Under the pieces are notes generated by a model. That model made no database searches. It saw only the letters and a program-made list of their open reading frames with translations, and was not told the origin of the DNA. Positions 17,671 to 26,336 of a stretch of DNA of 53,726 bases are shown here, in pieces. The DNA comes from an uncultured Streptomycetaceae bacterium (lineage in GTDB: Bacteria > Pseudomonadota > Gammaproteobacteria > Burkholderiales > SG8-41): NCBI GenBank assembly GCA_964476235.1, contig CAYYZZ010000001.1, forward strand, positions 1 to 53,726, written 5' to 3'. Position 1 is the first letter of the stretch; each line of letters begins with the position of its first letter. Both the position numbers and the translations under genes were made by a program.

Positions 17671-17763
17671 GAAGCATCCGGTCTCGGGGGGCGTGCGTTG
17701 AACGGCGATCCGGCCGTCCACTCGAGCGCGCGCAGATAATAAAACGACGCTCGTGCGCCCGTT

Positions 17764-18402
17764 TTATCGCTTGTTGACGGGGGATTGCGGGTCTATCAGG
17801 TACGCCACGACGTGGGTGATCTGCTCCGGCGTGAGGTGGCCGCTCACGCCCAGGCGCGGCATGTTCGAGCACGGTGAGTAGGCCCACGCGTTGTAAATCC
17901 TCTCGTAAGTGAGCCTGGCAACCGCCTCCGAGTTGCCGCGTTGCGCGCCGTAGCCGGACAGGCTCGGCCCGATGTTGCCCACGTTGAACTCCTTGGGGTC
18001 GAGCACGTGGCAGTTGGAGCAGAGCGCGCCGTTTTCCTTGGCTTTTTCCACCTGGCCCCCGACGATGCGTCCGCCCTGTCCGGCGAAGGCGAGCCGCGCG
18101 CCCGTTTTCCAGTCGCCGGCGAGCCCGCCGGAGACGGGGTACTGGATCGATTCGCGGGAAAGGCGCACGACTTCCGCCGCTTCTTCCTGGGTGAGCTTGG
18201 CCCCGCCGATCTTGGTGCAGATCTGCTGCGCCCGGTCCTGTACCGCCCGTCGCGTGAGTGACTCCGGCATCCCCGGATAGCTCCCGGACACCATCTTCTC
18301 GCCGATCTGGCGAGTGGTTTTCTCATCCGGGAATGATGCGCAGCTGACCGCCATCACCAGCGGCACGCCGAGCGCGGCCCACGTCGCCATCCTGATTCCC
18401 AT
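17764..18402 (-). CDS. soxX: sulfur-oxidation c-type cytochrome SoxX
   Basis: 212 aa with a signal peptide and a single CSNCH heme site. It lies between soxA and soxB. Confidence 0.85.
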   Translation of the reverse strand: MGIRMATWAALGVPLVMAVSCASFPDEKTTRQIGEKMVSGSYPGMPESLTRRAVQDRAQQICTKIGGAKLTQEEAAEVVRLSRESIQYPVSGGLAGDWKTGARLAFAGQGGRIVGGQVEKAKENGALCSNCHVLDPKEFNVGNIGPSLSGYGAQRGNSEAVARLTYERIYNAWAYSPCSNMPRLGVSGHLTPEQITHVVAYLIDPQSPVNKR

Positions 18403-18411
18403 GTCGGCCTC

Positions 18412-19224
18412 CTAGCGGCGGACGCCCGGCACCTGGATCACGGCGCCGTTGCCCTGGTAGTTGAGATAGCTGGTCAGCGCGATTGACACGTCGGACGCGA
18501 ATCCCAGGTCGGGCAGCCTCATCTGCCAGTTGCAGTCGTAAAGGCGGTGCTGCATCGTGCGCACCGTGCTGTGCGTCCCGCGGTAGGCGGGCCAGCCCGC
18601 GACCACCGCCTGCATCTGCTTGCGGTCCGTCATGTTGGGCAGGTCCTGCAGGCGGATGCGTTTTCCTTCGTCGCCGTGGCAGCTCACGCACGAGAAATCG
18701 GTGGGGCCGGTGCGCCGATAGAAGAGGTACTCACCGGCCTTGTACACCTCGCGCTCCTTCGGATGGTCGAGGCGGACGTTCATCCTCATGCCGTTCGAGC
18801 GGGAAGCAACGTAGGTCGCGAGCGCCTCCATGTCGGACGCCCGGTCGAGGTTGCTGAAGCGGGTCTGGATGATGGCGCCGCGGTCCAGGCCCTGCAGCTC
18901 GACCATGCACATGAGCAGGCGGGACTCCATGTCCTCCACCTTGCCGGTGTCCGCGAAATAGCGGGGCAGCCGAGCGAACACGCCCTCCAGCTTGCCGGGG
19001 CCCATGCCGAAATCGCACTGTTCTAGGGAGGCGCTTTTCGGACCGCGCTTCTCGTGGAACAGCGTCTCGCCGCGCAACACCCAGAGTTCGCCGGGATTGT
19101 CCTCGGCCAGCATCTGGCGCCCGACCGCGAGGCCGTCGTCAGTCTTGCCCTGTGCGAGCACCGTGCCCCATGCGGCAAGGCATGCAAGGCAGGCGGCGGC
19201 AGCGACACCGCGCGTTAGCAGCAT
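18412..19224 (-). CDS. soxA: sulfur-oxidation c-type cytochrome SoxA
   Basis: 270 aa with a signal peptide and CVSCH heme motif. The SoxA-like length and position fit. Confidence 0.88.
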   Translation of the reverse strand: MLLTRGVAAAACLACLAAWGTVLAQGKTDDGLAVGRQMLAEDNPGELWVLRGETLFHEKRGPKSASLEQCDFGMGPGKLEGVFARLPRYFADTGKVEDMESRLLMCMVELQGLDRGAIIQTRFSNLDRASDMEALATYVASRSNGMRMNVRLDHPKEREVYKAGEYLFYRRTGPTDFSCVSCHGDEGKRIRLQDLPNMTDRKQMQAVVAGWPAYRGTHSTVRTMQHRLYDCNWQMRLPDLGFASDVSIALTSYLNYQGNGAVIQVPGVRR

Positions 19225-19253
19225 GATTTTCTCCTCCTGCTGTTGTTATCGGG

Positions 19254-19464
19254 CTAGCAGCCTGTCGGACTTAGGTGTCCGACAGGCTGCTAACAGCAAA
19301 ACCGCCTGCGTATTTCGAATGAAAACCAGGATCACGACCCCTATCGGCCTCCGATGGGCACGTGAGTTGGCTGGTAATGAGGTATTCACTGCCTTTCGCT
19401 TCCATTTTCGTGCAGGCGGTTTTGCATAAGGAGTTTGTCGGCCCTAAGTCCGACAAACTCCTAG
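19254..19464. mobile_element. MITE/REP-like non-coding element with hairpin termini (copy 1)
   Basis: Left end is CTAGCAGCCTGTCGGAC-TTAGGT-GTCCGACAGGCTGCTA. Right end is GGAGTTTGTCGG-CCCTAAGT-CCGACAAACTCC-TAG, the same module inverted. Internal IR is GCAAAACCGCCTGC / GCAGGCGGTTTTGC. It fills the soxA-soxZ gap and has no ORF. Confidence 0.6.
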
Positions 19465-19468
19465 CCGG

Positions 19469-19789
19469 TCAGGATGCCGCGGCCACGGTCGCTTCGTCAG
19501 TGCGCCTGTCGCCCTTGTTGTCCACCCAGGTGACGCTGATCTTGTCCCCGGTCTTAGCGCCCTTGATGCGCATGCCGAGGAATGGATTGCGCGAAACCGC
19601 CTGGCCCCATTGCGTGTCGAGCACCGTCCTGCCGTTGTGGGTGACCACCACGCTCTGGATGAAGTGCAGCGGCACGATTTCACCCTTGGCGTCCCTGCGC
19701 TGGCCCGTCTCCATGGGGTGCAGCATCAGGATGCGCACGTCGGCGACGTCGCCCTGGAGCGTGGCGCGGATTTTCATCGGTTCAGCCAT
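19469..19789 (-). CDS. soxZ: thiosulfate-oxidation carrier complex protein SoxZ
   Basis: 106 aa starting MAEPMKIRA...LMLHPMETGQRRD, typical SoxZ size and sequence, immediately downstream of soxY. Confidence 0.9.
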   Translation of the reverse strand: MAEPMKIRATLQGDVADVRILMLHPMETGQRRDAKGEIVPLHFIQSVVVTHNGRTVLDTQWGQAVSRNPFLGMRIKGAKTGDKISVTWVDNKGDRRTDEATVAAAS

Positions 19790-19819
19790 GATGCCGTCCT
19801 CTCTTCGTTGCGTCCTCGA

Positions 19820-20287
19820 TCAGCCGCAGCCCCCGACGGTGATCTTGACCTCTTTCTTGGCGGTGAAGTATTTCCCGCCCGCCATCACCACGGCCCAGAC
19901 ATCGGAGGTCTGGCCCATCTTGATGCGCGTCGAGACATAACCTTCGCCGCCGTTCGCGACGTCGAACGTTGCGGCGAGGGGAAACGGGTTCTTCTCGGTG
20001 ACGATCGAGATCTGCTGGGTGTTGGGTATCCGGCTGGTCACCGCGACCGGCACCACCGCGCCGTTCTCGGCAATGTCCGGGGCGGTGATCACGATGTCCC
20101 GGCTTTCCACCGGGTTCACGACACCGAGATTTTTCATTGCCTCGGCGAGCGCCTTCGATTCGAAGCCGGCCTTGTTCCAGTTCGCGGCCCAGGTTTCCGC
20201 CGACCGCAGCAAGCCGACGGCCCCGGCCGCCGCGAGCGCGCCCAGGTTCCCGGCGAGCTTTAGAAACGTTCTGCGCATATTGTTCAT
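19820..20287 (-). CDS. soxY: thiosulfate-oxidation carrier protein SoxY
   Basis: Start set at MNNMRRTFLKLAG (Tat-like signal). The upstream part of the track ORF is discarded. The protein ends in the carrier motif VGGCG. Confidence 0.9.
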   Translation of the reverse strand: MNNMRRTFLKLAGNLGALAAAGAVGLLRSAETWAANWNKAGFESKALAEAMKNLGVVNPVESRDIVITAPDIAENGAVVPVAVTSRIPNTQQISIVTEKNPFPLAATFDVANGGEGYVSTRIKMGQTSDVWAVVMAGGKYFTAKKEVKITVGGCG

Positions 20288-20477
20288 AACGATTTGCTCC
20301 ATGGCGTATAGGACCGGCATGCCGCAAGGCCGTTCGCTGGCATATCCATAGTGCGGCCGGCAATAAACGACCGCAGTGCCCGGGTAGCGAATGTAGCCAA
20401 GATTGCAGGCGTTGTCCACATCGGGCGGCGAACTCCCGCGGCCGGCATCACCCGCCGCGCCGCTGGCGGAGGAAGGG

Positions 20478-20969
20478 TCAGTCCCCGGGCGCGCGTTTTG
20501 CCAGCCAATGCCCGGATTTTCCGCCCTTCTTCTCCAGTAAACGGATGCGCTCGAAGCGCATGCCTCGGTCGGCGGCCTTGCACATGTCGTAGATCGTGAG
20601 CAGCCCCACCGCAACGGCGGTCAGCGCTTCCATCTCGACCCCGGTGCGTCCGACGGTGGATACGGTCGCCACGCACTCCACGGCGCCTGCTTTCCGGTTC
20701 ACCTTGAAATCGATGCTGACGTGCGTGAGGGCGAGCGGATGACACAACGGTATCAGCTCCGCGGTTCGCTTGGCGGCCTGGATCGCGGCGGTACGCGCGA
20801 CGCCGAGGACGTCGCCCTTGACGATGCCCCCGGAGGCGACCTGCCTGAGCGTCCCGGGCAGCATGTGGATGCGTCCGCCGGCGCGCGCGGTGCGCCTGGT
20901 CTCGCTTTTGTCCGCGACGTCAACCATGCGCGCGCGGCCGCGTGCGTCGATGTGGGTAAGCCTTTTCAC
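20478..20969 (-). CDS. moaC: cyclic pyranopterin monophosphate synthase MoaC
   Basis: 163 aa with ...MVDV..K..T.R.A.A...ELIPLCHPL... and typical MoaC length. Confidence 0.92.
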   Translation of the reverse strand: MKRLTHIDARGRARMVDVADKSETRRTARAGGRIHMLPGTLRQVASGGIVKGDVLGVARTAAIQAAKRTAELIPLCHPLALTHVSIDFKVNRKAGAVECVATVSTVGRTGVEMEALTAVAVGLLTIYDMCKAADRGMRFERIRLLEKKGGKSGHWLAKRAPGD

Positions 20970-21042
20970 GTCGCAAGCCTCGTAGTTTTGGGCGCAGGCG
21001 ATGCGGTTAGGAACTCCCGCGCATCCGAATTATCATAGCATC

Positions 21043-22479
21043 ATGGCGTTGCGCGCATTCCTGGTCCTGCTATTGCTTGTCATCCCGCGCGTCCTGGCCG
21101 AGGGGTTGCCCGACCTCGGCGACGTGGCGCAGGCCGGCTTTTCGCCGCTGCAGGAGAGGCGGCTGGGCGAGAGCATCATGCGCGAGATTCGCGCCGACCG
21201 GACTTTCTACGACGACGCGGAAGCGACGGATTACCTCAGTAACCTGGGCAATCGCCTTGCCTCGCGCAGCCCGGATTCGCGCCAGGATTTCGATTTCTTC
21301 CTGATGCGCGACAATCAGATCAACGCTTTCGCGCTGCCGGGGGGGTTCATTGGCATCAACACCGGGCTGATCCTCTCGGCGCAGAGCGAATCGGAGCTGG
21401 CGAGCGTGATGGCACACGAAATTGCGCACGTTACCCAGCGCCATATCGCGCGCATGATCGCCCAGCAGAAGCAGAGCAGCGTTGCCGCGCTGGCGTCGCT
21501 GGCAGCGGCGCTGCTGCTCTCTCGCGTGAGTGGCCCGGCCGCGGAAGCTGCCATCGCCTTCGGGCAGGCCGGCGCGATACAGAGCCAGCTCAACTTCACC
21601 CGCGAGAACGAGCGCGATGCCGACCGCGTCGGGCTGCAGATACTCGACCAGGCGGGGTTCGACCCGCATGCAATGTCGATTTTTTTCGAGCGCCTGCAGC
21701 GCGCGACCCGCATCTACGAGGGCGGCGCACCGTCGTATCTGCGCACGCACCCGCTCACCTTCGAGCGCATCGCCGATATCCAGAACCGCATGCAGGGAAT
21801 GAGCTACCGCCAGGTTCCCGACAGCCTCGGTTTCCAGTTGATCCGCGCCAAGTTGAAGGCGCAGTTCGACGCCCCGCGCGACGCGGTCACTTTCTTCGAG
21901 CAAAGCCTGGCCGAGCGCAAGTTCTTGAGCGAAGCCGCCAGCCGCTACGGCCTCGTCGCCAGCCTGATGCGCACGAGGGACTACACGCGCGCGCGAACGG
22001 AACTGGAGTCCTTGCGCAAGCTGGTGCCGGCAAACCCGGTCGTGGATACGCTGACCTGCGAATTCGGGCAGGAAGCCTATGGGCCGGAAAAGGCGCTTCC
22101 CTGTTTCCGCGAGGCGCTGAAGAACTATCCCGCCTACCGTGCGCTGGTCTACGACTACGCCAATGCCCTGCTGCAGGCAAGGCAGCCGGAGGAAGCGTTG
22201 CGGTTCGTCAACGGGCGATTGCAGGTGGTCGCGGGCGATCACCGGCTCTATCTGCTGCAGGCGCGCTGCTATGCCGCGCTCAACCGGCGCCTTTCCCAGC
22301 ACCGCGCCCAGGCGGAGGCCTACCTGCGCCAGGGCAACTTGCCCGCGGCGATCGATCAGTTGCAGATCGGCCTGAAAAGCGGCGATGGCGATTTCTTCCA
22401 GCTCTCCAGTGCCGAGGCGCGGCTGCGGGAGTTGCGCAAGCTGGATGACGAAAACCGCAGGGAGGCGGGCAGGCGCTGA
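21043..22479 (+). CDS. periplasmic M48 metalloprotease with TPR domain (BepA/YfgC-like)
   Basis: Start set at MALRAFLVLLLLVIP (signal peptide). HEIAHV zinc motif and helical-repeat C-terminal half. Confidence 0.85.
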   Translation: MALRAFLVLLLLVIPRVLAEGLPDLGDVAQAGFSPLQERRLGESIMREIRADRTFYDDAEATDYLSNLGNRLASRSPDSRQDFDFFLMRDNQINAFALPGGFIGINTGLILSAQSESELASVMAHEIAHVTQRHIARMIAQQKQSSVAALASLAAALLLSRVSGPAAEAAIAFGQAGAIQSQLNFTRENERDADRVGLQILDQAGFDPHAMSIFFERLQRATRIYEGGAPSYLRTHPLTFERIADIQNRMQGMSYRQVPDSLGFQLIRAKLKAQFDAPRDAVTFFEQSLAERKFLSEAASRYGLVASLMRTRDYTRARTELESLRKLVPANPVVDTLTCEFGQEAYGPEKALPCFREALKNYPAYRALVYDYANALLQARQPEEALRFVNGRLQVVAGDHRLYLLQARCYAALNRRLSQHRAQAEAYLRQGNLPAAIDQLQIGLKSGDGDFFQLSSAEARLRELRKLDDENRREAGRR

Positions 22480-22662
22480 GCGGCCGGGGCGGGATAGGCG
22501 TATTGCGCAAGTCATCGCCATCCCTGCCGATAGACGCGCGGGCCGGATAGCCAACTCCGTCACGAACGGCTCGCGCGCAAGGCGCGAAACCCGTGAATTG
22601 GATGGCGGGCGTGGGGCGGGACACGCCGGTCCGGGCCCGCCCGCCTCGGGTGCGGGGTCGTT

Positions 22663-24018
22663 ATGGTATTGTGTTACATGGATTTTTCGCGCGCAGCCAC
22701 GGTTCACGGCCTGCCGGCTCACCTGGAGAAGATCGGGAAGTACGAGATCATCAAGGAGCTGGGCAAAGGCGCCACCAGCTCCGTCTACCAGGCGTACGAC
22801 CCGTTCCAGAACCGCCAGGTCGCCATCAAGGTGGTGTTTCCCGAGGTGCTCGGCGACAAGGAGCACGGCAAACGCTACAAAAAGCTCTTCGTCACCGAGG
22901 CATCGCTCGCCGGCAAGCTCTCGCACCCGCACATCGTCGCGATCTTCGACGCGGTCGCGGACGACGAGGCGAGCTACATCGTGATGGAATACGTGGACGG
23001 GACCACGCTCGAGCAGTACTCGCGGCACGATGCCCTGCTGCCGGTGCAGCGGATCGTCGAGATCGTCTACAAATGCGCGCGCGCCCTCGAATACGCGTCG
23101 AGGCAGGGCGTGATTCACCGCGACATCAAGCCCGCCAACATCCTGCTGGCTGGCGAGTCCGACATCAAGATCTCGGATTTCGGCGCGGCGCTGACGGTGG
23201 CGGCGGAGACGACCCAGGTGAGCGGCGTCGGTTCTCCGGCCTACATGTCACCGGAGCAGGTGAAAGAGATGCAGCTCACCTACCAGACCGACATCTTTTC
23301 GCTCGGCGTCGTGATGTTCCAGCTGCTCACCGGCCGGTTGCCGTTCCAGGGCAACAACAACTACAGCATGATCTACCAGATCATCAACGTCGAGCCGCCG
23401 CGTCCGATCCAGGTCCGCCCCGACATTCCGCCGCGCATAGACGCGATCGTGATGCGGGCGCTGCAGAAGGACACCGCCGCACGCTACCAGACGTGGGAGG
23501 AGTTTGCGCACGATCTCGCCACTGCGCTCGGAACCGAAGAGAAGCTGGAGCAGGGCTTCGCGGAGAGCGAGAAGTTCGACACGCTGCGCAAACTCGAATT
23601 CTTCCACCAGTTCACCGACGTCGAGCTGTGGGAAGTGCTGCGGCTCGCCACCTGGCACAAGCATCCGCGCGATACGGTGCTGATCCAGGAGAACGACATC
23701 GGTTCCTCCTTTTTCATCCTGGTGTCGGGCGAAGTCAAGGTCGTGAAGCAGGAACGCCTGTTGAACGTGCTGAAGGCGGGCGAATGCTTCGGCGAGATGG
23801 CCTATCTCGGCAAGCAGAAGTTCCAGCGCTCGGCGAGCATCATGGCGCTGTCCGAAATCGCCGTGATCGAGATCCGCGCCGAAACGCTGTCGAAAGCCTC
23901 GGACCTGTGCCGGCACCACTTCCACGGCGCGTTCCTCGAACTGCTGGTGGACCGCCTGACGATGGCCAATCTGAGGTTGTCCCAGCTGCTCGCCGACCGC
24001 AACGTCAGCATTTACTGA
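22663..24018 (+). CDS. Hanks-type Ser/Thr protein kinase fused to a C-terminal cyclic-nucleotide-binding domain
   Basis: GKGATSSVY...AIK, HRDIKPANIL, SDFG and SPAYMSPEQ. The C-terminal ~130 aa carry the CAP-family phosphate-binding cassette FGEMAYLGKQKFQRSASI. Confidence 0.85.
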   Translation: MVLCYMDFSRAATVHGLPAHLEKIGKYEIIKELGKGATSSVYQAYDPFQNRQVAIKVVFPEVLGDKEHGKRYKKLFVTEASLAGKLSHPHIVAIFDAVADDEASYIVMEYVDGTTLEQYSRHDALLPVQRIVEIVYKCARALEYASRQGVIHRDIKPANILLAGESDIKISDFGAALTVAAETTQVSGVGSPAYMSPEQVKEMQLTYQTDIFSLGVVMFQLLTGRLPFQGNNNYSMIYQIINVEPPRPIQVRPDIPPRIDAIVMRALQKDTAARYQTWEEFAHDLATALGTEEKLEQGFAESEKFDTLRKLEFFHQFTDVELWEVLRLATWHKHPRDTVLIQENDIGSSFFILVSGEVKVVKQERLLNVLKAGECFGEMAYLGKQKFQRSASIMALSEIAVIEIRAETLSKASDLCRHHFHGAFLELLVDRLTMANLRLSQLLADRNVSIY

Positions 24019-24152
24019 GCCTCGCACCTCCTGGCGCCGGTTCCCTTGCCGGGTTCCGGGAATGCCCCGTGTGGACCGGCTTGCGGCGGCGGGGTAATGA
24101 ACCTATATTAGGCGTGACCGCATTCTGAATTCATGCTGATGCAAAGGCGAGG

Positions 24153-24386
24153 ATGGCGATGAATTTTGACAAGGAACTGGATGCGCGCGGGCTGAATTGT
24201 CCTCTGCCGATATTGCGCACGAAGAAGGCGCTCACCGACATGGCCTCCGGGCATGTCCTGAAAATCCTGGCGACCGACCCTGGGTCAGTGAAGGATTTTG
24301 CCGCGTTCTCCAAGCAGACCGGCAACTCGCTGCTCTCGTCCGAGGCGGCGGACAAGGAATTCGTCTTTTTCATGAGGAAGCGTTGA
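24153..24386 (+). CDS. tusA: TusA-family sulfur carrier protein
   Basis: 77 aa. LDARGLNCPLPILRTKKAL contains the CPxP active-site motif. Confidence 0.85.
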   Translation: MAMNFDKELDARGLNCPLPILRTKKALTDMASGHVLKILATDPGSVKDFAAFSKQTGNSLLSSEAADKEFVFFMRKR

Positions 24387-24438
24387 CGCGGACGGCACCC
24401 GTGCCCATGCCGTTCAGCAAGCGGGCGATGGGTGACTA

Positions 24439-24536
24439 GAACCTATCTCAATATCGACATAGGGCCTGCGCCGTGCGCCTTGCATCCATCCCGTTCTGGC
24501 CACAACGCATCACGCGCCTATTATTGAGATAGGTTC
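24439..24536. repeat. 15-bp inverted repeat pair GAACCTATCTCAATA / TATTGAGATAGGTTC
   Basis: Arms lie at 24439-24453 and 24522-24536. The right arm ends 4 nt before ATG 24541. The same 15-mer recurs at 52854-52868. Confidence 0.75.
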
Positions 24537-24540
24537 AAGC

Positions 24541-25617
24541 ATGGCGGAGACGTGGCGTGTTATCGATACGGGCCTGCGGCCGGCTGCGCAGAACCTTGCA
24601 CTCAACCGCGCCTTGCTGGAAGCCCGGCGCGCCGAGGAAATTCCGAGCACCCTGAGGTTCCTGCGCTTCACCCCCTGCGCGCTTATCGGCTGCAGCCAGA
24701 GCGCGGAGCAGGAGCTGAATCTTGATGCCTGCAAGGCCGGCGGTATCGATATCCAGCGCCGCCTCACCGGTGGGGACGTCATGGTCCTGAACGAGGGCCA
24801 GCTCGTCTGGGAGCTCTACCTGCACCGGCGCGACGTCGGCACGACGGCCCTGCAGACGATCTCGCGCCGGCTGTGCCACGCCGCGGCCGCCGCAGTAAGC
24901 GCGCTGGGCGTGAGTGCGCGCTACCGCCCGCGCAATGACATCGAGGTGGACGGACGCCGGGTCTCGGACAGCGCCGGCGTCTTCGATGGCGACGCGCTCC
25001 TGTTTCAGGGTACGCTGCTCGTCGATCTCGATCCCGGAATGCTGCTGCGCGCATCGCGGCTCTCCAGCACGGCGCCCGGGTCCGTGAGTGATCGCGTTGC
25101 AAGCCTCAAGGAACTGCTCGGCGCGAAACCGGACATCGCGACGATCAGGCGCTACCTGACGGAAGCGTTCGAGTGCGAGTTCGGAGTCGAGTTTGGCGAA
25201 GATGATCTCACGCTCTCCGAGCACGCCCGCTTCAAGGCGGCGCTGCGGGAGATCGACCACCCGGACTGGATTAACCTGGTGTCGCGGCCGGCAACGGAGT
25301 TGCCCGTGCTGCAGGGGAAACGGCCGGCCGGCGGCGGCCTGCTGCACGCCGCGATCGCTTACGACCGCCAGACGCGGACCATCAGGCAGGCGTGGTTCGC
25401 GAGCGAAGTCCCAGTCATGCCGCGGCGTGTGCTGGCCGATCTAGAGGCCGCGCTTCGCCATCTGCCGGCCGACCAGCTGGCGCAAAGGATCGAGCGGTTT
25501 TTCGCAGGCCGCCAGGTGGAAATGCTGCCGCTCAAGCCGGCGGATTTCGTCGAGGTGCTGCAGCTGACTGTCGGTCAGCTGCTGCCCGCGGGGATCAACG
25601 AGAAGAATGAGCTATAG
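24541..25617 (+). CDS. lipoate-protein ligase A family protein
   Basis: 358 aa. The N-terminus WRVIDTGLRPAAQNLALNRALLEAR...TLRFLRF, then RRLTGGD, is typical of the BPL/LPL catalytic domain. Confidence 0.7.
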   Translation: MAETWRVIDTGLRPAAQNLALNRALLEARRAEEIPSTLRFLRFTPCALIGCSQSAEQELNLDACKAGGIDIQRRLTGGDVMVLNEGQLVWELYLHRRDVGTTALQTISRRLCHAAAAAVSALGVSARYRPRNDIEVDGRRVSDSAGVFDGDALLFQGTLLVDLDPGMLLRASRLSSTAPGSVSDRVASLKELLGAKPDIATIRRYLTEAFECEFGVEFGEDDLTLSEHARFKAALREIDHPDWINLVSRPATELPVLQGKRPAGGGLLHAAIAYDRQTRTIRQAWFASEVPVMPRRVLADLEAALRHLPADQLAQRIERFFAGRQVEMLPLKPADFVEVLQLTVGQLLPAGINEKNEL

Positions 25618-25696
25618 GTTGTTGAAAAAGGGGGCACCGACCCCTGTTATCCCCCAAGTCAGCGGCTGAACAGCCTGGTGCGTTGCCCGGCCGGGT

Positions 25697-26119
25697 TCAA
25701 GCGCTGCGGGCGGCTGCGCCCTCGATCGTTACCTTCGCTTCCGATTCGCCTTGCCAGAGCATGTCGTAGCCGAGTTCCTGAGTGTCGGCGCACAGGTCGA
25801 CCAGGGCGGAGAACTTGGCGTTGAACACCGCGTCCGTGTGCGATTTCTCGTGTTCCTCGAAAGAGCGCCAGTAGGTCACGATCGCAACATGCTCCTGGGC
25901 GCGGGTCGCGCTGAGGGAGCCCTCGTCGGACACGAAGCCCGAGAACTTGAAGACCTGCCCGGCGATGAAGCCCCCCTTGTCGCCGCCGTAGGCGCTCTTC
26001 ACGACGTTGCACATCTCGCCGATCGCGATCTCGACGTCGTCCATGCTGACGCCCGGCTTCAACCTGACGGTATTGAGCAGCATTTTGGCGCCGAAGGGGA
26101 TGGAGATGGCATCGAACAT
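25697..26119 (-). CDS. hypothetical protein (140 aa)
   Basis: Start set at MFDAISIPFG. The upstream 142 codons of track ORF 25697..26545 run through the divergent promoter region and a tandem repeat. I recognise no firm motif. Confidence 0.5.
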   Translation of the reverse strand: MFDAISIPFGAKMLLNTVRLKPGVSMDDVEIAIGEMCNVVKSAYGGDKGGFIAGQVFKFSGFVSDEGSLSATRAQEHVAIVTYWRSFEEHEKSHTDAVFNAKFSALVDLCADTQELGYDMLWQGESEAKVTIEGAAARSA

Positions 26120-26162
26120 GGGGGCCTCCCTAGAGCCTGTAACATGACGAAACGCACGTGCG

Positions 26163-26197
26163 TTGCTGCCCTCATTGCTGCCCTCATTGCTGCCTGA
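26163..26197. repeat. tandem 12-mer TTGCTGCCCTCA, about 2.9 copies
   Basis: Read directly. It lies in the divergent intergenic region between 26119 and 26337. Confidence 0.8.
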
Positions 26198-26336
26198 GGA
26201 CCGGCACGCACCCGGTGGTCGATTAATATACCAAAAGTGATGCCGAGTAAGCGATGGGCGGATCAAGTGAAATAGAATACCCGGGAAATTAATGCATCCA
26301 GGCGACAGGCCGTCGCGTAGCAAGCGTGGGAAGCTT

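Noticed and set aside
17671-17721. Longer soxB start (MDGRIAVQRTPPETGCF...) given by the ORF track.
   Set aside because: The Met directly preceding the twin-arginine motif (MAIPRREFLQ) gives a normal Tat signal peptide length. The extra 17 residues have no support.
20288-20614. N-terminal extension of the soxY ORF (264 aa in the track).
   Set aside because: The extension is Arg/Pro-rich shadow sequence running through the sox promoter region. MNNMRRTFLK gives a standard Tat-type SoxY precursor.
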